From Vicinamibacteria bacterium (lineage in GTDB: Bacteria > Acidobacteriota > Vicinamibacteria > Vicinamibacterales > JAENWD01): DNA of 64,000 nucleotides. This document shows positions 56,423 through 64,000 of the stretch, piece after piece. The position numbers were made by a program, and so were the translations under genes. The notes below the pieces were generated by a model. It saw nothing but the letters and a program-made list of their open reading frames with translations, did not search any database and was not told where the DNA came from. Location of the stretch: NCBI GenBank assembly GCA_963832135.1, contig CAWHTD010000026.1, positions 188,189-252,188 of the forward strand, read 5' to 3'. The first letter of the stretch is position 1. Each line of letters opens with the position of its first letter.

Positions 56423-59400
56423 TCAAAATGCCAGGCGCGCGGCGAGTTGCGCCATGCGGCCCGGGCCCGCGGTGAGACTCGTGCCGAACGTCGGGCGGTC
56501 GACGAAGCTACTGGGAAGACCCGGATTCGTGCGGTTGAGCAGGTTGTAGATCTCGACCCTGATTTCGAGACGCCGCCGGGCGCCAAGGCGTACGGTTCGA
56601 ACGACCGCGGTGTCGACGCTCGCGAAGGCGGGGCCGATGAGATTGTTCCGGCCCGCATCGCCGAACGTGTATGGCGGCGAAATCGCAAATGCCCGCCCGC
56701 CGGTACTCGACGGCACCGGGCGTCCCGGGCGGGACCTCGTTCGGCCGGTCGTAACCGAACTGCCCGCCAAGATTGCCCGTGTTGCTGTTGTCGCGGCTCA
56801 CGCGCGGCGTGAACGGCCGGCCGGTCTGCGCCGTGACGAGCGCGCTCACCTGCCAATCACGCCCGAACGCCGACTGGCCGATGTCGGGGACCTGCCAGAT
56901 CGCGGCCGCAACCACACGGTGACGCACGTCGAAATCCGACAGGCCCCGTTCGGCATCGGGCATTCGGCTGTTCTGCGGCGTGTTGTCGTTACCCTCGCTC
57001 GCAAGAAACGCCGACTGGTCGTCGATTGACTTGCCCCACGTCCAGGCCGCGCGCAACCAGAAACCGTGCATCGCGCGCCGCTCCACTCTGACCTGGAGCG
57101 CGTGATACACGGACGATGCCTCGGGCTCGACGAGCAGAACGTCGCCATAGCCGGCGATCGGGCGGCGCTCGTCGACCGGCCCGGGCGCCGGCGTTGGCTG
57201 GTTCAGGTTCCGCTTCCGCACCAGATGCGAGCCCCACGCGCCGACCCATCGGAGCGCGACGTCCGTGCCACCCGCGCGCGCTTCCAGTCCGAGGCTGCCC
57301 TGCTGTGCGTATGCGTTCCGCCATTGCTGCGCCAGCGTGTTCACCGAGGCGGGCGGGACGAATCCAGCCGCCGAGGGAAACGGTTGCGCCGCCGTCGGCG
57401 CTTCGCCGCCCGGCACGTAAACGGTCAACCCGAAGTAGGGCGGGTTGAAGTACAGGGCGGAATTCTCGATGAGAGTGCCGGTGTCATAGAAGATCCCGTA
57501 GCCGCCTCGCAACAGCAGGCGGCGCCGCTCATCGAGCGCCACGCTCATACCGAGACGCGGCGCGAGGTTGATACTGTCGTTCCTCACACCCGCGCGCGGC
57601 ACTCCGTTCTCGCCAACGGGCAGAAGCGCGGCCGTCACCGTATCGAACACCACCATCCTGTCGTGCGCATCGACGGGTGCGGTGTTCAGCTCGTAGCGCA
57701 AGCCGGCGTTCACGGTGAGGCGGCTCTTGACGCGCCAGTCGTCCTGCGCAAAAAGGTTGACCGACGTCGTGCGAAGCGCCTGCGGATTGTCGTTCTGCGC
57801 GAGAATCGTGACAGTCGGCAGCCCGAGGAGCAGATCCGCGAACGCGTGTCCCGTATAGGCGCCCTGGAAATTGAGCTGTCCTCGCGAAAACAGGTGGTTG
57901 TAGCCGTCCGACCGGTAGTGCCGAAGCTCGCCGCCGATCTTCAGCACGTGGCGGCCGCGCTCGATGCTCACCGTATCGGTGACGTGGAGCGTATTCGTGC
58001 TCCGCACCACGGGCAGCGACACATCGTCACCCAGACTGTCGTAGCCGGTCGTCTCGACGGCCGGAAACCCGAGATCGTCGTGCGCGAGCAGCGGGCCGAT
58101 CATCCCGAGTTGCGCGTACGCATCGACACCCTGATTGTCGGGCCGAACGTTCCGACTGAGGCGGTTCCACCCGACACGAAGGTCGTTGAAGACCCGTGGG
58201 GAGAGACTGTGGGCGAGCCCGACAGCAAGATTCTGCGTGTCGTCTCGCGTGCGCGTGCCGAAGCCGGGAACGTTTTGCGCGGGCGTGGGAAACGGATCGT
58301 CTTTCCGATCGTCGACGAGGCTGTAGCGGACGAAGAGCGATCTGTTCGACCCAAGCTGGTGGTCTGTCCTGGCCGTGACCTGGTACACGGTCTCCGGCCT
58401 GATGGGGGACGACACGAGGTTCGTCGTGCCCAGGCGGTTCGCGGCAGGATAGAGCGCCGCCAGACGTGCCCCGGTTGGATCGATCCTGAATTGTGGAATG
58501 CGGTTACCAGGGAAGGGGCTGCCCGTGAACGGATCAACAATCGGCGATGACAGGGCGCTGAAATCGCCCGCCTGTTCGGCCGCTGTAGGCACGCGCGCCA
58601 GGCGTGTCTCGGCCGTCCTGTCTCGCATCGCCTCGAGGCTCAGGAAGTAAAAGCTCTCGAGGCGCGCAACCGGGCCGCCGACTGTGCCGCCGGCCTGGTG
58701 TCTTCTCCGGTAGGGCTCGGGCTCTCCCGGCAAATCCAGGGGTCCGCGCGATTCAAGCGAACGGTCGCGGAAATACTCATAGAGCGAGCCGGATACGCGA
58801 TCGCTTCCCGACTTCAGCACGACGTTCACCTGTGCGCCGGCGCTTCGTCCATACTGCGCGTCGTAGGTGTTGGTCAGAAGGGTGAACTCCTGCACGGCAT
58901 CGAGGCTTGGGGTCACGAGCGCACGGTTCAGAAAGAGATCGTTGTTGTCGACCCCGTCGAGAAGAAAGTTGTTCGACGTTTCGCGCGCGCCGGCCACGTT
59001 CACTGGCGTGCCGCCCTCGCCCGACAGCCGGGAACCTGGAGCAGGAGGCGCCGCGCCAGGCGCCTGCCAGGCGTACTCGCCGACGTCGCGACTGGCCACC
59101 GGCGTCATCGTGAGAATCTGGCCATCAAAGATCTCGCCGACTGCGCCGGTGGCCAGTTGCGTTCTGGCGGCGTCCGCGGTCACGTGCACGGTCTGGTCTG
59201 GAGCCCCGGCCTGAAGGATGAGACTGATCGTGCGGGTCGCGCCAGCCTCGAGGTGAAATCGGTCGATGGAGGTGGTGCGAAAGCCGGCAAGGCGCGCGGT
59301 GAGTGCATAGTCCCCGGCGGGTAACAGCGGCACTGCGGCAGTCCCGTGGTCCGACGTTGTCGCGAGTCGCTCAACCAGCGTGCCCTGATGCACGACGGCG

Positions 59401-59531
59401 ATGGCAACTCCACCGAGGACGCCCCCCGTGGCATCCGACACGTCGATCACGAGGGTCGACGTCGCGGGCTGGGCATGGACGGAGGCCGCGATCAGGAGCA
59501 GAGCCACGGCGGCGGGGAATCGGGTGCGCAT
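56423..59531 (-). pseudogene. TonB-dependent receptor with N-terminal CarboxypepD_reg-like domain; one +1 frame break (~56690-56706)
   Basis: Signal [21 protein letters not shown], then [20 protein letters not shown]..., a long barrel, then ...GTPGAVEY | GRAFAISPPYTFGDAGRNNLIGP...EIYNLLNRTN...AARLAF* (terminal Phe). Confidence 0.8.
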
Positions 59532-59593
59532 TTCAGGGCTTCACGGGAATTATAGGCCTCACATCTCCTATCATTGGCCGGGGAGCGCTCTCC

Positions 59594-59625
59594 GAAGAAC
59601 TCGAGAAACCGAGAACACGAGAACA
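59594..59625. repeat. Dispersed repeat copy (GAAGAACTCGAGAAACCGAGAACACGAGAACA) abutting a TATAAT box
   Basis: Followed directly by TATAAT (59626-59631), GGAGG and ATG 59653. Confidence 0.65.
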
Positions 59626-59652
59626 TATAATCCGCGCCCGGAGGTCTCACAC

Positions 59653-60420
59653 ATGTCGTCATCGTCGTTCGTGCGCCGCAGCCTGACGGCTGCGGCGGCT
59701 GTGATGTTCCTGGCCGGCGGTCTCGCCGCCCGGCAGGAACGCGTGCCCGGCCAGATGCCCAATCCCTCAAAGGAGCCGCCCGTCGTCACGCCCGGTGCAA
59801 CGCCCGGCGCGCCTCCTTCGGATGCCATCGTGCTCTTCGATGGAACAGACCTGTCGAAATGGGTCAGCGAGAAGGATGGGACAAGGCCGGCGCCGTGGAA
59901 GGTGGCCGACGGCATCGTCACGGTCGCGGCCGGGAGCGGCGGGATTCGGACGAAGGACGGCTTCGGCAGCGCCCAGCTGCACATCGAGTTCGCCACGCCG
60001 GCCGAGGTCAAGGGAGACGGACAGGGCCGCGGCAACAGCGGCGTGTTCTTCATGAGCAAGTACGAAGTCCAGGTCCTCGACTCGTACCAGAACAAGACGT
60101 ACTTTCACGGCCAGGCGTCGGCCATCTACAAGCAGCACGCCCCACTCGTCAACGCCAGCCGGAAGCCCGGCGAGTGGCAGTACTACGACATCATCTTCAC
60201 CGCGCCCGTGTTCGATGCCGACGGCAAACTCCTCAAGCGCGCCTGGTTCACGGTCTTCCACAATGGCGTGCTGACCCAGAGCCACGTTGAATGCATGGGC
60301 GTGACGTCGCACGACAAGCCGCCCTACTACGAAGCGCACGCGGCGAAGATGCCGCTGTCGCTGCAGGATCACGGCAACCCGATGCGGTTCCGGAACATCT
60401 GGGTCAGAAATCTGGAATGA
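59653..60420 (+). CDS. DUF1080 (3-keto-disaccharide hydrolase-like) secreted protein
   Basis: ATG 59653 follows a GGAGG SD and opens a signal-like [26 protein letters not shown]. The body (...[10 protein letters not shown]...GNSGVFF...[14 protein letters not shown]...FRNIWVRNL) matches my recollection of DUF1080-type proteins; no search was run. Confidence 0.75.
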   Translation: MSSSSFVRRSLTAAAAVMFLAGGLAARQERVPGQMPNPSKEPPVVTPGATPGAPPSDAIVLFDGTDLSKWVSEKDGTRPAPWKVADGIVTVAAGSGGIRTKDGFGSAQLHIEFATPAEVKGDGQGRGNSGVFFMSKYEVQVLDSYQNKTYFHGQASAIYKQHAPLVNASRKPGEWQYYDIIFTAPVFDADGKLLKRAWFTVFHNGVLTQSHVECMGVTSHDKPPYYEAHAAKMPLSLQDHGNPMRFRNIWVRNLE

Positions 60421-60462
60421 CGCGGACCTGAAGGCCGGACCTTCAGGTCCGGCCCGTTCGGC

Positions 60463-61962
60463 TTGGAATCGATGCTCACTATCGAACATCTCGCCAAGAG
60501 TTTCTCGGGGGTGCGCGCGCTGACCGACGCCTCGCTCGAGGTGCGCGCAGGCGAGATCCATGCGCTCGTCGGTGAAAATGGGGCCGGCAAGTCGACGCTT
60601 GTTCGAATCGTCACGGGTGCGCTGGCGCCGGATGCCGGTACCATCGTGTACGACGGCCAGCCAATCGAACACATCAGCCCGACCGGCGCCCGCACCCTCG
60701 GGATCGTCGCGATCCACCAGCACCCCACGCTCTTTCCCGATCTGAGCGTGGCCGAGAATCTCGCGCTGGGCCTCGAATCTGCGGGGCCGTGGACGCGGAT
60801 CGACTGGGGCGCCCGGCGCCGCCGTGCGCGAGAGCTCCTCGCACGTGTGGGTGCGCAGATCGACGTCGACCGCGAGGCCGCGTCGCTCAGTCTTCCAGAA
60901 CAGCAGCTCGTCGAGATCGCGCGCGCGCTTGGTGCGCGCGCGCGTCTTCTGATCCTCGATGAGCCGACGGCGTCGCTTACGCCGCAGGAGGTCGATCGTC
61001 TGTTCGAGCTGCTGGCGGAACTGCGCGTCGCAGGCACTGCGCTCATCTACATCTCTCATCGCCTGGAGGAGCTGCCCCGGCTGGCGGACCGCGTCACGGT
61101 GCTGCGCGATGGACGAACCGTCGGCACGCACGAGACGGGCGCTCTCACGGAAGGGGCGCTGATACGGATGATGGTGGGGCGCGATGTCGAGGCGGTCTTT
61201 CCGAAGCGTGAGATCGCGATTGGCGAACCTGTCCTCGAGCTCGATGGCGTCACCTCCCGCGCCTCCGGTGTCCGCGACGTGACCTTCACCGTCCGACGCG
61301 GCGAGATCGTCGGACTCGCCGGGCTCGTCGGGGCCGGCCGAACCGAACTGGCGCGCGTGCTCTTCGGGCTGACGCCGCTCGACCAGGGGACGATCCGCCT
61401 GAATGGGCAGCCGGTTCGCCCGAGGGCCCCCGAGGACGCGATCGCGCTGGGCGTGGCCTATCTGCCAGAGGACCGGCGCCGGCATGGCGTGATCCTGGAC
61501 CTTGCCGTCGACGCCAATCTCACCCTGGCCTCCCTGAAGGCAATCTCCCGCGGTGGGTTCCTCGATCGTCGGGCGGAAACCTCCATCGCGAACGACCTCG
61601 TTTCTGCACTCGGCATCAAGACCTCCTCGCTCTCGACGCCGGTGCGGCACCTGTCCGGCGGCAACCAGCAAAAGGTCGCGCTCGGACGATGGCTGGTGCG
61701 CCCGCCGGCGCTGCTGATCCTGGACGAGCCGACGCAAGGGGTGGACGTCGGCGCCAAGGCCGAAATCCACCGGCTGATCGGCGATCTCGCCGCACGGGGC
61801 ATGGCGGTGCTGATGATCTCGTCCGAGCTCATCGAGGTGCTCGGCATGAGCGATCGGATTGTCGTGATGCGGCGTGGCAGTGTTGCCGCGGTCATCTCGC
61901 GAGCTGACGCCTCGGCCGAGTCCGTGATGGCCGCCGCGTTCGGTGCGGCGCCGGCCGCGTGA
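60463..61962 (+). CDS. Sugar ABC transporter ATP-binding protein (duplicated ABC, RbsA-like)
   Basis: GENGAGKST, two LSxxxQQ signatures (LSLPEQQLV, LSGGNQQKV), LILDEPT twice. Confidence 0.9.
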   Translation: MESMLTIEHLAKSFSGVRALTDASLEVRAGEIHALVGENGAGKSTLVRIVTGALAPDAGTIVYDGQPIEHISPTGARTLGIVAIHQHPTLFPDLSVAENLALGLESAGPWTRIDWGARRRRARELLARVGAQIDVDREAASLSLPEQQLVEIARALGARARLLILDEPTASLTPQEVDRLFELLAELRVAGTALIYISHRLEELPRLADRVTVLRDGRTVGTHETGALTEGALIRMMVGRDVEAVFPKREIAIGEPVLELDGVTSRASGVRDVTFTVRRGEIVGLAGLVGAGRTELARVLFGLTPLDQGTIRLNGQPVRPRAPEDAIALGVAYLPEDRRRHGVILDLAVDANLTLASLKAISRGGFLDRRAETSIANDLVSALGIKTSSLSTPVRHLSGGNQQKVALGRWLVRPPALLILDEPTQGVDVGAKAEIHRLIGDLAARGMAVLMISSELIEVLGMSDRIVVMRRGSVAAVISRADASAESVMAAAFGAAPAA

Positions 61963-62909
61963 TGCGGCGCCTCGGCCTCGGTACGCGCGAGCGCGCCGCG
62001 GCCCTCGCACTGGGCGTGCTGCTCTTCGTCCTGGCCGTGGCGGCACCCGCCTTCTTCTCCCCCGACAACCTGCGCGACGTGCTGATGGCAAATGCCGCCG
62101 TGCAGATCATCGCGCTGGGGATGACGCTCGTCGTGCTGACGGGCGAGGTGGACGTGTCGGTTGGCGCCACGTTCGCCGTATGCGCGGTGGTCGCGGGCGC
62201 CCTGGCGCGTGAGGGCGCGGGCATGCCAGCGGCCATGCTGGCGGCGATCACCATCGGCGGGCTCGTCGGCCTGGCAAACGGCGCACTGGTTGGAGCCATG
62301 GGTCTGCCGTCGATTGTCGTCACCCTGGCAACGCTCGCCATTCTGCGCGATGCGCTGCGATGGACGACGGAAGGCGCCTGGGTCCGGGACCTGCCGCTCC
62401 ACTTCCAGTGGTTCGGCCTCGGTCAGGAAGACGGTCGGCTGGTCGTTATCGGCTCCGTGATTGCGCTCATCGCATTTGTCGGGTGGGGCCTTCATCGGAT
62501 CGCGGCGGGCCGCGCGGTGTATGCGACCGGCAGCGATCGCGAGTCCGCGCATCTCTCGGGACTGTCGCCCCGTGCGGTCGTCGTGTCGGTGTTCGTCGTG
62601 TGCGGTGTGCTTACAGGCGTCGCGGCGGTGCTGAACGCCATCCGCTTCGCCGAAGTCCAAGGCGCCGTGATTCCCGGCCTCGAGCTGAAGGTGATCGCCG
62701 CCGTCATTGTGGGCGGTGCGGCGATCAGCGGCGGCCGCGGGTCGATTCTGGGGACAGTGCTGGGCGTCGCGCTGCTTGGGACCATCGGGACCGGTCTCAC
62801 CTTTCTCGGGATCAGCGCCTATTGGGAGCGCGCGCTGCAGGGCGCGATCATCCTGGCGGCGATCGCCGCCGATCGCGTCACCAGCCGACGCGCAAGGGAT
62901 CTCGCGTGA
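61959..62909 (+). CDS. ABC transporter permease (RbsC-like)
   Basis: Polytopic protein with ...LTGEVDVSVG...GGAAISGGRGSILGTVLG. ATGA overlap with the ATPase gene. Confidence 0.85.
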   Translation: MMRRLGLGTRERAAALALGVLLFVLAVAAPAFFSPDNLRDVLMANAAVQIIALGMTLVVLTGEVDVSVGATFAVCAVVAGALAREGAGMPAAMLAAITIGGLVGLANGALVGAMGLPSIVVTLATLAILRDALRWTTEGAWVRDLPLHFQWFGLGQEDGRLVVIGSVIALIAFVGWGLHRIAAGRAVYATGSDRESAHLSGLSPRAVVVSVFVVCGVLTGVAAVLNAIRFAEVQGAVIPGLELKVIAAVIVGGAAISGGRGSILGTVLGVALLGTIGTGLTFLGISAYWERALQGAIILAAIAADRVTSRRARDLA

Positions 62910-64000
62910 CCGGGACGCGCCGCAACGAGCTTGTGCTGGGTGGTGTCCTCGCACTGGAAGTCGCTGTGTTCAGCGTCGTCGCGCCGAACTTCGCGACCAC
63001 CGGAAACACTGCCGAGATCGTGCGGTTGACCGTTGAAGTCGGCCTCCTGGCGCTTGCGCTGACGCCAATCGTCGTGACTGGTGGCATCGATCTGTCGTCG
63101 GGTGCACTGCTGGCGCTTTCGGCCGTCGTGCTGGGATCGTTGTGGAGAGACGTGGGCTGGCCGATCGGGGCGGCCGCCGTGGCGGCGCTTGCCACCGGCG
63201 CCGGAGGCGGCGCCGTGAACGCGTGGTTCATCGCACGGTGGCGATTGCCGCCGCTCATGGTGACGCTGGGCTCGCTCTCGCTTTTCCGCGGGCTCGCCGA
63301 GGGACTCACGGGAGGCGTCGACAACTACACCGGCCTTCCACCACACTTTCTCGCGCTCGGGCAGGGCTTTGCCGGCGCGGTCCCGGTGCAGTCGCCCATT
63401 CTCGTAGTCGCCGCGGTCGGGATCTGGCTGCTCCTTCACCGCAGCACGCGCGGGCGCGTGTACTTCGCCATCGGCAACAACAATGCGGCCGCACGGTTCG
63501 CCGGCGTCAACGTGTCGCGGCACCTCGCGGAGCTCTACGTGCTGTCGGGACTCGCGGCGGGGCTCGCGGCTATCATCTACGTTGCCCATCTCGGTCAGGC
63601 CAAGGCCGATGCTGGTACCGGGTACGAGCTCACCGCCATCACGGCCGTGGTACTCGGAGGCACGGCCATCAGCGGCGGCTCGGGCAGTGTCGTGGGGACG
63701 GTCATCGGACTGGCAACGATGGTCGTCCTGCAGAATGGGTTGCGGCTTGCGGCCCTGCCGGCCGAGCTCTCGGGTATCCTGACCGGCGCGCTACTGCTCG
63801 GCGCCATCGGAGTTCCGGTGCTCGTGCGGCTGATCGGCTCGCGCGACCGGGCGCCAGTTCACGAGGAGGAAATGCGCAATTCTCAGCTCGCAGTGCTTTG
63901 CGGCGCGATTCTGATGGGAGCGCTGATCGTCTCGGGCAGCAACTGGTGGCTCGTGCAATCGCTGCGGCGTGACCTCACGCGTTCCCAGGCGGGCGCGACC
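62906..64000 (+). CDS. Second ABC permease (RbsC-like); the ORF stays open to the window end
   Basis: GTG 62906 overlaps the previous stop. ...VVTGGIDLSSGA...GGTAISGGSGSVVGTVIG. The frame has no stop through 64000 and is absent from the ORF track because it is unterminated. Confidence 0.8.
   Translation, partial: MTGTRRNELVLGGVLALEVAVFSVVAPNFATTGNTAEIVRLTVEVGLLALALTPIVVTGGIDLSSGALLALSAVVLGSLWRDVGWPIGAAAVAALATGAGGGAVNAWFIARWRLPPLMVTLGSLSLFRGLAEGLTGGVDNYTGLPPHFLALGQGFAGAVPVQSPILVVAAVGIWLLLHRSTRGRVYFAIGNNNAAARFAGVNVSRHLAELYVLSGLAAGLAAIIYVAHLGQAKADAGTGYELTAITAVVLGGTAISGGSGSVVGTVIGLATMVVLQNGLRLAALPAELSGILTGALLLGAIGVPVLVRLIGSRDRAPVHEEEMRNSQLAVLCGAILMGALIVSGSNWWLVQSLRRDLTRSQAGAT

Noticed and set aside
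462-56706. Programmed ribosomal frameshifting as an explanation for the frame breaks
   Set aside because: I saw no slippery heptamers or conserved downstream structures at the junctions. The sequence contexts are unrelated, and the affected genes are not known recoding targets.

Overview
GC-rich (roughly two-thirds G+C by eye) bacterial chromosomal segment. I support about 50 protein-coding genes and one tRNA-Leu(CAA). I found no rRNA, CRISPR array, transposase or integrase. The gene content points to Acidobacteriota (inference only): acidobacterial-type VWA proteins, a CarboxypepD_reg-type TonB-dependent receptor, a BlaR1-TonB_C fusion, Ser/Thr kinase-PD40 beta-propeller fusions and a PEP-CTERM protein. 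Most of the window is housekeeping or envelope functions: LytS/LytTR, LepB, a CDF transporter, MoaC-BshB1-BshA, Rex, an OPT transporter, PlsC, CarD, AmtB-GlnK, an M16 peptidase plus tricorn-like protease operon, and a sugar ABC transporter. I did not find a clear new multi-gene system such as a defence island. Seven things deserve a second look. (1) Ten reading-frame breaks fall in eight otherwise well-conserved genes. Nine need removal of exactly one nucleotide, so they may be assembly indels rather than biology. (2) A roughly 0.9 kb non-coding island follows tRNA-Leu directly. It holds a 4.4-copy array of a ~106 bp unit and a ~185 nt near-perfect long hairpin. (3) A 16 bp x 6 tandem repeat sits in the rex/OPT divergent promoter region. 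(4) A dispersed composite intergenic repeat family has at least six copies. (5) A textbook sigma54 -24/-12 promoter with upstream palindromes precedes amtB-glnK. (6) An EmbR-like wHTH-FHA regulator sits beside a paralogous PD40 cluster that includes an internally deleted kinase remnant. (7) Unusual architectures include an acyl-activating/ACP/acyltransferase tri-domain protein, an orphan NuoI next to a homocysteine methyltransferase-MTHFR fusion, and a secreted tricorn-like protease with a K/D/E-rich insert. All functional calls come from reading motifs in the supplied translations. No database search was run.
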